Part shown: piece after piece, positions 29,001-37,765 of the stretch | Position numbering within the stretch: the first letter of the stretch is position 1 | Layout: every line of letters begins with the position of its first letter | Source of the DNA: an uncultured Candidatus Saccharibacteria bacterium | GTDB lineage: Bacteria; Patescibacteriota; Minisyncoccia; Phycocordibacterales; UBA2100 | Direction of reading: 5' to 3' | DNA: 64,000 bases | NCBI GenBank assembly: GCA_964462785.1 | Contig: CAYWZA010000002.1 | Span: forward strand, 1,061-65,060 | The notes under the pieces: generated by a model | Told to the model about the DNA's origin: nothing | What the model saw: only the letters and a program-made list of their open reading frames with translations | Databases searched by the model: none | Made by a program: the position numbers and the translations under genes

Positions 29001-32000
29001 TTGGGCAAACACTATATGGTGCTGACACCAGTATTCTCGGGCTGACAATTCCCGGAGGGGAAGCGGGCTATAATATTGTAAGAAATGTCACCGATGCAGG
29101 GACTTTATCTGTAGTTACGGGTGCCTACTTATTTCCAGGACCGGCAGGGTTAGCACTAAGGGGAGCTGATAGCCTTGCCGCCAGCGCGGGGCGCTTTGCG
29201 GGTAACATTGCGGACGTCAGATCCGCCTTGAATGTTGCCGATAGTGGAGCGGGCTTTGGGTATGATTTTTCAGGGCGACCATCGGCGGATGCAATCATTC
29301 GTGATGGGGGCTTAGCAGTGGTACCCGAGAACAACATATCTACTGCGCCCGCGCGTGATGGTGGCTCAAGTCCTCCGCCTCAATTAACCTCGAACGCACC
29401 ATCTCCCACATCACGCTCCGTCACTCAACCCCCTCCATTGCGTAATGAATTCTCACCCACAGGTGGTGCGCGCACCAGTGGCAATGCGGTGCAAGGAGCG
29501 CCCCCCTCCGCCTCATTTATTCCAGGGACTTCGCCGCTCGGCGATCTTGCAGACGCAATGCGTCGAGGATCACCGACACTGATCACCCCGTCTAATTTCG
29601 GTCGGACCGGCGACGACGTTCTCTTCGGTGGTGCGGCGAATGACAATCTAATGGGCTCTACTCCTGCCGGAGGTCCGCCTTTGGAAAATAGGTGGTTTGC
29701 ATTTGCGCGCGCTCCCGAGGATGGAGGGGGAGCGGGGCGTGGAGGCACGATCATACCGTTTACTCCACGAGCGTCCGAGCTCCCAAGTGTCGGCGGTGGG
29801 GACACTATTGTATTTAGAGAAGGTTTTGGCAGTGATGCACCACCAGCTCGCGTGGACGCAGGTGCTATTGATGACGCGACACTGCGTGAGCTCGAAAACA
29901 TTCTCGCGAACGAGCCGGATCAATTTGTGTTTCGTACTGTTGATGATGCCGTCACACCCGATGGCGTGACAGATCTGTTGCAGCGCCGATACGGAGGAGC
30001 ATCTCTAGAGGAAATCGCAAAAGCACGGGAGGCAATACGGCTGAATGAAGCTGCCCGTCGTCTTGATTCTCAAAACACTTCGCAGGCAACCGCGGATGCA
30101 AGCACTTTGCGTGCCCGCGCTGCACAAATCGCAACCGACATCAATGATCCTGCTTTGGGTAGATTGGCTGAATCGTGGGGAGGGGAAAGAGCGCCGAGCG
30201 CAGCAGGTGCTGGCGTTCCAGATAGTGTCGTTGCAGCAGAGGCGGCACAGCCAAAACCCGCTTCTGGAATTTTATCCCCCATTACCAACACTCCATTCGC
30301 AAGAGCGTTGTGCGTTATAGGTGGCTTGTTCTGTGGGTCGCAAGCTGTTCCTGGGCAGTTGGTAAACGATCTCAATCCGTTGGGTATAAGTTCGGCAAAT
30401 GCAAAGCCGGCAGCGCTTCCGGTCCAATTAGTGCATGACGGTGTCTTGGGGGTTGAGACAGGTGCGGCGTCGACATACAACCCGAATGTGGTCGGGTGGA
30501 GAACGGGTGGGGAAAAACTTGCAACAGGCGGAAGATACAATCCCGATGAATTTGAAGCTGCGCTACAGACAGGATTGGCGGAACAGTATCGAATGGGGCA
30601 CAGCAGATACCCCAATGTCGGGTACGCGCTTGTGGAAGCGGAAGGCAGAAAACTTATTGTACGCATTAATGACAACGGTCCATTAGTTCGCAATCGCATC
30701 ATCGATCTCAACGAAGCCTCGATGCGCTATTTAAGTGGTGGTAGATATGGCAACAATTCGGGAGTATTGCAAAATACACGAGTAACTGTTTTGGCAGGAC
30801 AAAACTATACGCCGGGACCGCTTGCGAATGATGCCACTCTTCTCGCTCGGGCTGAAATACCGCCCGCAAGTCCAACAGCACCTCGCATAGAAACAGGATC
30901 ACTGAGCGCCCCTAAGTCAGCGGTGGATTCCGCAGTTGATGAAATTACAAAAAGGGCGGAGCAGGTGGGTGACGCTGTTAGAAAAGCAGGCGATGATCTT
31001 GCGAAAGCACTCGATATACGCCCCGGCACTCCGGAAACTGACTTCATGAAAAACGTGCAAGGGAAATTAGTGGAAACACCACCACCAGCGGCATTGATCA
31101 AAAATTTTGACGTTAACAATCACACTTCCGCAGAAGCAAGAGCGGTCCAGGAGGCGCTTAGAGCCCAGGGGTATGACACAGCTGTTGATGGAGTTATCGG
31201 TCCGCAGACAATACGCGCGCTCGAAAGCGCGAGAGTGGATATTGATGGTGCGTTGCGCAATATTTTCACAGACCAAGCTGACTATCAGCAAGCGCGCAGG
31301 ATATTCCTCGAAAGATTTAAAGGTATGCCCAAAAATTTTGAGCAACCACTGCTCACCATGTTGCGAAAGATGCAAGAGGCTGGTCAGGCGCTGCCCGGCG
31401 ATAATCAGCCGATCGTGCTGGTTAACGTAAGCGGAAGCAGAGAGGGGGTTGCCATTATGTCGCTCACACACAACGACGGGCTCCTTCTTTGGGAGGGAAG
31501 TCCGACACTCAGAGTCGGCGTAGCAGCTAATGGCCCGATTGATTGGGCAAAAGATTTTATTGGCTCGAACAAAACGATAGTGGGCTCAGTAGCAAAAATT
31601 ATTGGTGGGGAACATCGTGGAGACAAGGCTTGGGCAGTGGGCGCGCTTTATCGGGAGTCAATAGATGGGGGATTACAGAACGAGAGAGTCACATGGTATC
31701 ACGGAGTTTCTAATCGCGCCGTTACACCAGGCCAGCGCCCCAACGCAACATCGGGGTGTGTTTCAATGTGTTCTCTAGTGATGCAAAATTTGTATGATCA
31801 AGTGCTGGGAACCCCTGGTGTGGGGGAACCGGGGTGGCAACTCGCAGGTAGAGATGGGGCAGTGCGGGGAGCAAATAAGATTAACGGGGGATATACGTAT
31901 GAATTTTCTGAGCAAGTGACAAACAGCGTTGGTGTTGCAGAAAATAAGGCAATTGCCCAGAAAGAGCCGGTGATGGTTGCTGATGCTGCGCCAGGTGGTG

Positions 32001-34447
32001 GTGCGACTCAGGGTCTTACTCCTGAAACCGCCGAAATCGCTCGGGTGTATGAGATATCCGGAGAGACTGGAACGATACCAAAGGGAGCGATCCTTGAGGT
32101 GAGCCCGGATGGAAAAACATTAACCTATGGCGAGACCGTGTACCAAGCAAAACAGATTTCTGGAGAACCGATTCCGCTAGAACCCGCATCAGCACTTTCA
32201 ATTATAGATTTGAAACCTTTACAAGTGGACTGGCTAGACAGAATACAGATTGAAGGCGTTCCGAAGCTGGGACTAGAACTTCAGGTGTGGCGACCAGATT
32301 TCAACGCCGCGGTTGAAAATGTGATGCGGGGGGTCAATGATGGCATCTCTGAATTCAAACAAATCGTCAGTGGCGTACCCGGCGACATATCAAAATGGGT
32401 TTCTAGAAACAGCTTTAATGTCAGTGTTAGTCTTGAACCGAATCCGGCATGGCTTAAAGCGGTTGGAGATAGTGCTAATACTGCTGCAGAGCGAATAACA
32501 ATAATGTATCGGGACGCATATGCTGCTTTGGACGACTTCCCGTCAGCACCTCCCACGCCAGGTGACCCATTATTCGGTCTATTCGCCTTGGGTAGCACGC
32601 GACGCACATCAAATGCACCATCCCAAACACCAATACCCGAGGGGGTAGACACTCCGCCCGCAGGACTTGGGTTGCAGGCACCACCTTCAAAAATAGCAGG
32701 CACGGGTGATACACAGAAATTTGTACCTACCTCGCGCAACATTAATCCAGCACCGGTACGCGCGATTGATGATATTCCCGCACCGACAGATGGCGTAACT
32801 CCGCCATTGTCACGGACTCAACCTGATGTTACTGAGGGTATGAGTAAATCTGGTCGCACGGGAGGAGCTTCGATCACTGATGACACTGCCACAAACGGGA
32901 CAGTGCCCGCGAAACAAGACACTCCGCCCGCAGGACTTGGGTTGCAGGCACCACCTTCAAAAATAGCAGGCACGGGTGATACACAGAAATTTGTACCTAC
33001 CTCGCGCAACATTAATCCAGCACCGGTACGCGCGATTGATGATATTCCCGCACCGACAGATGGCGTAACTCCGCCATTGTCACGGACTCAACCAGTTGGT
33101 GATTCCGCTGCGAACATGACAGAACTCATGAGCCGAAGCGCACAGCAAAGTGCGCCAGCCACAGCCGCTTCAGTGGGTGCCATGAAGAAAGTTTCAAATA
33201 CAATCCGCGCTTGTGTAAATGGGGGATGGACGACGGCGAAGTGTGCGGGTGTTGCAATAGTCGCAACGTGGGCTGGGACATGCGCACTAACGGGGTACGA
33301 CGGTGTTCCATGCAATTGGCAAGGGACAAGGACAGGCACATGCATATCGGACGGAGGGAGGAAATGTGTTACAGGAGCATCCCCAGGAGCGGATGCAACA
33401 AAAGATGGTACAGAAAAAACACCACCTGCGGATACAGATAAAGACAGAACTGGCGCAGGCGCACCTCCACCAGATGATACAGGCGCAGGGAGGAGACCGC
33501 CTCCAAGTGCCCAGACGCCACCCAATAGTGGCACTGCAGCACCTACACGCACCACACAAGGAGGATCGGGTGGAAGTGGTCTTGGTGGATTGATGGGAAT
33601 GCTCGGGCAATTTATGCAGATGCTTACCGGGCAGGGAGCGCAAGAGCCAGATGCATCACCAACAGGATCGCCTAAGGCACCGACAACAGTGACTCTCTCC
33701 TGCGATCCGTCAATTATTCTCAATCGTGGCACGACAACGATTCGCTGGGCGTGCTCAGGTAATGAGCGCAGTACGGGAGTGAATTTCGATACACGCGGCG
33801 CGCCGTCGGGATCGGTGGAGCGGGGTATTGATACCATCGAGCAGAGCATGCAATTTGGCGTTTCGTGTGGCGGCAGCGCGCCGCGCAGCTGCTCAGTGCG
33901 CGTACTGCACCCGCGCATCACACTCACCGCATCTCCGGGCGAAGTGGAAAGCGGCACGCACGCACGACTCAATTGGGCTGGAGTGGGCGTGCGATCATGC
34001 GGAGTGCTCGCGCCTACCTCAAATGAAATTGCGCGCGGGACGGCGACAGGATTTGTCGACACGCCCGATCTCACACGCTCACAGCGCTTTGCGGTGGTCT
34101 GCTCTACTGATGCAGGCAAGCCTGTGCATGAATTCATTACCGTGCGCGTCGCAGGCGATGACACGGATCCGGAAGTAGTGGAGATTCCTGAAGCGTATAT
34201 GCGCACCACGCCTTCCTCCGCGGCGTCAGCGCTGCCCACCGCAGTGAGCGATCTGCCCTCAGAAGAGGGGAGTAGTTTCTTCGATGGTTCTGCAAATACT
34301 CCATCGCCCAGCGCACCACAAGAGCCGATCACACCGCCCCCCGGCACGTTCACCGCAACTGATGCTCAAGGCAACGCCGTCTTCCTCTGTGATCCTGAAG
34401 CAGGTATTGATACCTATATTTCGTGCATATCCGGAGGAAGGTGGTAG
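26090..34447 (+). CDS. Giant secreted multidomain protein P5 (2785 aa) with coiled-coil regions, a PG_binding_1 domain, a YkuD-like L,D-transpeptidase fold, an RlpA-like double-psi beta-barrel, an internal exact repeat and the family C-terminal twin beta-domain
   Basis: Signal peptide is MVRVLCGLIFVCTLASFVHTTSAQA. The RlpA/DPBB-like segment is TGGRYNPDEFEAA...LIVRINDNGPLVRNRIIDLNEASMRYL. The PG_binding_1 segment is TSAEARAVQEALRAQGYDTAVDGVIGPQTIRALE. The YkuD-like segment is WYHGVSNRAVTPGQRPNATSGCVSMCSLVMQNLYD. The Gly/Met motif is GGSGGSGLGGLMGMLGQFMQMLTGQG. The C-terminal 200 aa align with P1, P2 and P4. Confidence 0.8.
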   Translation: MVRVLCGLIFVCTLASFVHTTSAQAQSKNCTPGGTCSTELEGDTTTTVSAGEDKGTATQDTQQTGSCTKELQAAGKCKPECPKVNYSSVTGGIVTCYSEVSDSCYMNDNAGTAECSSDEMQKIIDGKTPPQTTDYVGTPGSQSGSSSGVQSPEIEAQKALRDAEYKLAQAQKNYDQCWWGCADEKAALEQAQQTRDAVQDSADYLNEIANKPPGTYIPETPLNTALQNSWANNVLQQPAPAVTESRLGDFGSGLREALSPDSFSNSAFRDQWNGWNPNVTPSDGAFNRFDFGNNSGFNSFGQSVGSDISGGLSAGPSSFTPFSFDSGLTGSPYDGSAPFEPFDYETSPIGPGWGNDDLGKLSNFDFSNAPLQPSTLQDLSNLNNGLLPTLPSVSDPLGALKSLDSEQLPTVSDAQSPNDFLGLKAIAEQQPPEGSGLSAEDFSERLEVFKKGFGNVVDSLTEGVQGIFAGDISAPDFWDKTLKNIGVGVNAGLGEGGVRLGGILDYSPLSDGGLLPGLRQTVKDVFGWGSDVATPPEIPSGIQGGGALTAGESYRRELDAAKQASAAAGERARRADENARSTGSYDPDNAFEVERYNAAQAEIKAAREEQAAAQARLAAAQADVDRIRARDNQVPGQGSIANTGVNEAKVVADSGVRDTQGTESLAYQRAAKDYQALLPLAAPVTNALQDANSAWIKRAEEIGLIENIGTADKPQYRIRPELTETQRINKMGMLRDETDRLNLAKDQYKTYAETLKDARDKTLYAAGADPLFSDAARANALLGDMRLRPEQEIPIDEYWQDKNGLAMGVGAAGAMGRYVLRMDPYQPVINSNAQEIAFNELQAKQEALIQSLAGCTDCQNVIEAIERNNELAKQFESGQFEGAQKDYLIKLSDQNPIQRDLPVGDLTTQELASRASNEWGRLLRGTQEYLGAEMGKAWEEGEYGKATALFLLQTPGQITQGLLGAESLQGLGQTLYGADTSILGLTIPGGEAGYNIVRNVTDAGTLSVVTGAYLFPGPAGLALRGADSLAASAGRFAGNIADVRSALNVADSGAGFGYDFSGRPSADAIIRDGGLAVVPENNISTAPARDGGSSPPPQLTSNAPSPTSRSVTQPPPLRNEFSPTGGARTSGNAVQGAPPSASFIPGTSPLGDLADAMRRGSPTLITPSNFGRTGDDVLFGGAANDNLMGSTPAGGPPLENRWFAFARAPEDGGGAGRGGTIIPFTPRASELPSVGGGDTIVFREGFGSDAPPARVDAGAIDDATLRELENILANEPDQFVFRTVDDAVTPDGVTDLLQRRYGGASLEEIAKAREAIRLNEAARRLDSQNTSQATADASTLRARAAQIATDINDPALGRLAESWGGERAPSAAGAGVPDSVVAAEAAQPKPASGILSPITNTPFARALCVIGGLFCGSQAVPGQLVNDLNPLGISSANAKPAALPVQLVHDGVLGVETGAASTYNPNVVGWRTGGEKLATGGRYNPDEFEAALQTGLAEQYRMGHSRYPNVGYALVEAEGRKLIVRINDNGPLVRNRIIDLNEASMRYLSGGRYGNNSGVLQNTRVTVLAGQNYTPGPLANDATLLARAEIPPASPTAPRIETGSLSAPKSAVDSAVDEITKRAEQVGDAVRKAGDDLAKALDIRPGTPETDFMKNVQGKLVETPPPAALIKNFDVNNHTSAEARAVQEALRAQGYDTAVDGVIGPQTIRALESARVDIDGALRNIFTDQADYQQARRIFLERFKGMPKNFEQPLLTMLRKMQEAGQALPGDNQPIVLVNVSGSREGVAIMSLTHNDGLLLWEGSPTLRVGVAANGPIDWAKDFIGSNKTIVGSVAKIIGGEHRGDKAWAVGALYRESIDGGLQNERVTWYHGVSNRAVTPGQRPNATSGCVSMCSLVMQNLYDQVLGTPGVGEPGWQLAGRDGAVRGANKINGGYTYEFSEQVTNSVGVAENKAIAQKEPVMVADAAPGGGATQGLTPETAEIARVYEISGETGTIPKGAILEVSPDGKTLTYGETVYQAKQISGEPIPLEPASALSIIDLKPLQVDWLDRIQIEGVPKLGLELQVWRPDFNAAVENVMRGVNDGISEFKQIVSGVPGDISKWVSRNSFNVSVSLEPNPAWLKAVGDSANTAAERITIMYRDAYAALDDFPSAPPTPGDPLFGLFALGSTRRTSNAPSQTPIPEGVDTPPAGLGLQAPPSKIAGTGDTQKFVPTSRNINPAPVRAIDDIPAPTDGVTPPLSRTQPDVTEGMSKSGRTGGASITDDTATNGTVPAKQDTPPAGLGLQAPPSKIAGTGDTQKFVPTSRNINPAPVRAIDDIPAPTDGVTPPLSRTQPVGDSAANMTELMSRSAQQSAPATAASVGAMKKVSNTIRACVNGGWTTAKCAGVAIVATWAGTCALTGYDGVPCNWQGTRTGTCISDGGRKCVTGASPGADATKDGTEKTPPADTDKDRTGAGAPPPDDTGAGRRPPPSAQTPPNSGTAAPTRTTQGGSGGSGLGGLMGMLGQFMQMLTGQGAQEPDASPTGSPKAPTTVTLSCDPSIILNRGTTTIRWACSGNERSTGVNFDTRGAPSGSVERGIDTIEQSMQFGVSCGGSAPRSCSVRVLHPRITLTASPGEVESGTHARLNWAGVGVRSCGVLAPTSNEIARGTATGFVDTPDLTRSQRFAVVCSTDAGKPVHEFITVRVAGDDTDPEVVEIPEAYMRTTPSSAASALPTAVSDLPSEEGSSFFDGSANTPSPSAPQEPITPPPGTFTATDAQGNAVFLCDPEAGIDTYISCISGGRW
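32648..33093 (+). repeat. Exact 176-bp direct repeat (period 270 bp) inside the giant gene
   Basis: The segment 32648-32823 matches 32918-33093 with no visible mismatch. Each encodes DTPPAGLGLQAPPSKIAGTGDTQKFVPTSRNINPAPVRAIDDIPAPTDGVTPPLSRTQP. The ORF track shows identical antisense ORFs over both copies. Confidence 0.85.
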
Positions 34448-34506
34448 TGGAGTTTGATGAAAATCGCGCACTGCGAGTTGCGAATTGCCCCAAAAAGGCA
34501 ATGAGT

Positions 34507-34547
34507 GCAGAAATCTCGAAGCGACGCAGTCGCTTCGAGATTTCTGC
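34507..34547. terminator. Bidirectional terminator hairpin between convergent genes
   Basis: A 19-bp perfect stem (gcagaaatctcgaagcgac pairing with gtcgcttcgagatttctgc) encloses a 3-nt loop. Confidence 0.7.
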
Positions 34548-34563
34548 CGGGCTCCGCTCAGCT

Positions 34564-35040
34564 TCAAAATCCAAAAAACTCTGCGAGGGTGTATATAAAT
34601 GACTGATGCAATTCTATTTCCGGCACGCGCTCTGCGAGAAATGCGCGCACCATATTCGGATCAACATCAGTAAGGGGAATGATCAGATCGGGATTCATAA
34701 TACGGGGCGTGTCAATTAATAGTGTCGGCTCGTCATCCTCGCTCACCCAGAATGCGCGCATTTCTTCATAGGGGTAGAACGTATCTCCCACAGCAAGCCC
34801 GCGCTCACCGAGCGCGAATTCAACAACGGCGGGCGGGCGCTTTGCCAGCATGCCGAGCGTGACCCCTCCGAGCACGATAAGCAGTGCGAAGAGCACATTA
34901 TTCAGCAGCACCGCAGTCAGTGCGGAGGACATGATGATAATACCGAGCGCCCAGTACCAATCACTGCCGCGCTCTATGTGTTGGTGTTCTTGACCAGACC
35001 ATGTGATCGTTTCGTTCATGGAGTGATGGTATTCCCGCAC
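34564..35040 (-). CDS. Hypothetical membrane protein (158 aa)
   Basis: There are two hydrophobic helices near the N-terminus and no recognisable family. The ORF overlaps the pilin gene's stop by 25 nt, so the true start may be the internal MNETITW. Confidence 0.4.
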   Translation of the reverse strand: MREYHHSMNETITWSGQEHQHIERGSDWYWALGIIIMSSALTAVLLNNVLFALLIVLGGVTLGMLAKRPPAVVEFALGERGLAVGDTFYPYEEMRAFWVSEDDEPTLLIDTPRIMNPDLIIPLTDVDPNMVRAFLAERVPEIELHQSFIYTLAEFFGF

Positions 35041-35432
35041 CCTTCCGAATATCCTTTGATGGTATCCGTCTCAAGACAAAATGAAATAGTAAATGAAGAT
35101 CCGTTTGCGGGTGTTACATACGTATAATCCTGCACGGGGGAAGCCGGATCATGCGGGACGGCATTAATGACTCCGGCATTTTCGAGCACCGTTGAAAGAC
35201 CGTCTTCGCCAGTGATATCAATCGGGGTGGTCGTGATGGGGAAAACACCGCCGCTTGTCACGGCATACGATGCAAGTGATTTTGCAATCGTGTTTACATC
35301 AGATATGCGTCGCGCGTCGCGTCCGCGTTTTTGTACCGCGCCAAAAGATGCCATGGCTACGGCGCTCAAAAGCCCGATGATGGCGATCACCACTAAAAGC
35401 TCAATCATCGTAAATCCACGTCGGGGTTCCAT
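35016..35432 (-). CDS. Type IV pilin / pseudopilin (prepilin with N-terminal methylation motif)
   Basis: The N-terminus MEPRRGFTMIELLVVIAIIGLLSAVA is the class III signal, with Gly-Phe-Thr-Met-Ile-Glu and a hydrophobic helix. A C-terminal Cys pair is present. Confidence 0.8.
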   Translation of the reverse strand: MEPRRGFTMIELLVVIAIIGLLSAVAMASFGAVQKRGRDARRISDVNTIAKSLASYAVTSGGVFPITTTPIDITGEDGLSTVLENAGVINAVPHDPASPVQDYTYVTPANGSSFTISFCLETDTIKGYSEGCGNTITP

Positions 35433-35484
35433 AGTAAATAAATAGGGTAAAAAACGAGCATTCGAATAGTATTTTTATTGTAGT

Positions 35485-36573
35485 ATGATTTACACTACGG
35501 GCAATGGGATCTGGTCGAACAGGTCGCAAAATAGTATGCAAACAACACCAGAACAACCTGAAATAGGGCGCCGCCCACTGGTGGTCACCATCGGCGGGGG
35601 TACTGGTCAATACACCATTCTCACGGGGCTCAAGGAATATCCCATTGATATCGCTGCGATTGTCTCTATGGCAGATGACAGCGGCTCGACGGGTGCTCTG
35701 CGCGATGAATTGGGCGTATTGCCGCCGGGGGATGTGCGGCAGTGCCTTGCGGCGCTCTCAAAGGAAACGCCCACTATGCGGGCGTTATTTTCGTATCGTT
35801 TTTCGGCGGGTTCGGTGAAAGGGCACGCCTTTGGCAATCTGTTTCTTTCAGCGCTTGAGAAGATTACCGGCAGCTTCGCTGCGGCGGTTGCCGAGGCATG
35901 TCGCATTCTCGCCGTGTCTGGTGAAGTGATTCCTGTCACTGAGGGCAATATGCGTCTGCTCATCGAGCTTAAAGATGGCACACAAGTGAGTGGCGAACAT
36001 TTTCTTGATGGTGATGAGCGCGTGCGAACAGTAGGGGTGAAGCGTGTGGCGCTGCAGACTCCTGTCGTGGGGCATTCGCGCGCAGTGGAATGCATTAAAC
36101 ACGCCGATCTCATCGTGATTGGACCAGGAGATTTGTACGGAAGTGTGCTGCCGCCGCTTTTGGTGCCGGAAATTGCGCAGGCGGTGCGCGATACGGCTGC
36201 TCCGCTTATGTATGTGGCGAATCTTACGAACAAGAAAGGGCAGACTGACGGTTTTACGGCGCACGATTATGCACATGTCATTCATGAATATCTTGGCACA
36301 CATTGCATTGATGTATTGCTCTGCAACACGACGCCGCCCGCACCACATTTGCTCGAGCGCTACATCGAGCAAGAAGGAAAAGGCATGATTGTGGAATGTG
36401 TGGAGGGAACAGATGAGCCGTACCGTGTTATTGCCCGTGATTTTATTTCAACCGACAGCCAGATGATCCATCCACACGATGAGCTCGGACACACACGCTC
36501 ATACATCCGTCACGATCCCATCAAGCTCGCCGCCGCTGTCATTGAAGTCCTCTCCCAAACAGCGCGGGTGTAA
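35485..36573 (+). CDS. YvcK/UPF0052 family protein (gluconeogenesis factor, CofD-like)
   Basis: The motifs VTIGGGTGQYTILTGL and LPPGDVRQCLAAL are family hallmarks. The real start may be the internal MQTTPEQ. Confidence 0.7.
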   Translation: MIYTTGNGIWSNRSQNSMQTTPEQPEIGRRPLVVTIGGGTGQYTILTGLKEYPIDIAAIVSMADDSGSTGALRDELGVLPPGDVRQCLAALSKETPTMRALFSYRFSAGSVKGHAFGNLFLSALEKITGSFAAAVAEACRILAVSGEVIPVTEGNMRLLIELKDGTQVSGEHFLDGDERVRTVGVKRVALQTPVVGHSRAVECIKHADLIVIGPGDLYGSVLPPLLVPEIAQAVRDTAAPLMYVANLTNKKGQTDGFTAHDYAHVIHEYLGTHCIDVLLCNTTPPAPHLLERYIEQEGKGMIVECVEGTDEPYRVIARDFISTDSQMIHPHDELGHTRSYIRHDPIKLAAAVIEVLSQTARV

Positions 36574-36642
36574 CGCATGCCTCCAAAAGCTGTCAAAAAG
36601 CAAAAAAGATTGTATAGTGATGAGCGGCAGGGTGTGCAAGAG

Positions 36643-36727
36643 GGAGGGGTGGCAGAGTGGTCTAACGCACCGCACTTGAAATGCGGCGTGGGGCAACCCA
36701 CCGTGAGTTCGAATCTCACCCCCTCCG
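36643..36727 (+). tRNA. tRNA-Ser (anticodon TGA), type II with a long variable arm
   Basis: The acceptor GGAGGGG pairs with CCCCTCC. The anticodon stem-loop is CCGCA CTTGAAA TGCGG. The variable arm is about 16 nt and the T-arm is GTGAGTTCGAATCTCAC. Confidence 0.8.
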
Positions 36728-36790
36728 CAGCTGATCTTTACCCCAAAAAGTGGAGACGGAATACGGGTTTCGGGGGAATTATTAAAAGAA

Positions 36791-37231
36791 ATGTATAAAG
36801 GAATTATGGCATCAATCAATCCGCACATTAATTTCAACGGAAATGCCGAAGAGGCATTCAATTTTTACAAATCAGTATTTGGTGGAGAGTTTACGAAAAT
36901 TATTCGGCTCAAAGATTTGGAAAGTCCCGAATTTCCCGTAGCAGGAAAAGATGAAAATAAGATACTACACATTGCCTTGCCAATAGGGAAAAACTTTTTG
37001 ATAGCGAACGACGTCCCAGAAAGCATGGGGCGAGTAAACGAAGATGAAAACAGATCTAAAATTGCAATCAGTGCGGAAAGCAGGGAAGAAGCAGACTTGT
37101 TATTCAACGGACTTTCAGCAGGCGGGGCTATTGAAATGCCTATTGGAGATAGCCCCTGGGGTTCCTATTTTGGAATGTTTAGGGACAAATATGGAATTGA
37201 GTGGACGGTAGAATTTGTGTCCCAAGGGTAA
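36791..37231 (+). CDS. VOC-family protein (PhnB-like, glyoxalase/bleomycin-resistance fold)
   Basis: INPHINFNGNAEEAFNFYKSVFGGEF and the C-terminal YFGMFRDKYGIEW are typical of PhnB-like proteins. Confidence 0.6.
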   Translation: MYKGIMASINPHINFNGNAEEAFNFYKSVFGGEFTKIIRLKDLESPEFPVAGKDENKILHIALPIGKNFLIANDVPESMGRVNEDENRSKIAISAESREEADLLFNGLSAGGAIEMPIGDSPWGSYFGMFRDKYGIEWTVEFVSQG

Positions 37232-37246
37232 ATCTCGAGAAGAACA

Positions 37247-37720
37247 ATGCTCATGTATATGAAAAATAAACACGAACGGGGATTTGTAAAAATTTTATTG
37301 GCGGTGGTGATGCTGTTTCTGGCGGTGGGGACGATATATTCAATGCGGACGGCAGTGCCGCCTATGGATGAGGCTGCGATTGATGATGCGATGCTGGCGG
37401 AGCGCGCGGGCGTGCGCTTCGCGTGGGTGATTACCGCACTCGAGCCGGATGAGTTTGGCATGCCGAAAGCGCGGATCTCACTTGTTGCAGGCGGCAAGGA
37501 GCACGCACTTGGCGAGTTTGATGGTACGTGTGCGCAGCAAAAAACAGATCTGCTCGAAGGCGAACAGGAAAAAGTTATTTGCTGGTGGGCGGGTGGTGGA
37601 AAAGAAATCGGCGTGTTTGAAGAGGGGGGCGATCTGGTCGTTAAAGTGGGTGATGTGGATGAGGGCGGTGCAGAGACCGGCGGATTCCGCGGCAATTTTA
37701 AGAAGGTTTTGGAGATATAA
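37247..37720 (+). CDS. Hypothetical membrane-anchored protein (157 aa)
   Basis: One N-terminal TM helix is followed by a Gly/Glu-rich C-terminus. Confidence 0.4.
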   Translation: MLMYMKNKHERGFVKILLAVVMLFLAVGTIYSMRTAVPPMDEAAIDDAMLAERAGVRFAWVITALEPDEFGMPKARISLVAGGKEHALGEFDGTCAQQKTDLLEGEQEKVICWWAGGGKEIGVFEEGGDLVVKVGDVDEGGAETGGFRGNFKKVLEI

Positions 37721-37765
37721 TTTTTGCAAGAAACGCCCCGTCGATGATGACGGGGTGTTGTGGTG

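Noticed and set aside
32648-33093. Possible CRISPR array suggested by exact direct repeats
   Set aside because: There are only two copies, each 176 bp long, in frame inside a coding sequence, with no short regular spacers. This is an intragenic tandem duplication, not a CRISPR array.
33088-34353. 421-aa ORF on the minus strand
   Set aside because: It is antisense to the C-terminal conserved twin domain of the giant gene. The plus frame carries the family-conserved domain, so the minus ORF is spurious.
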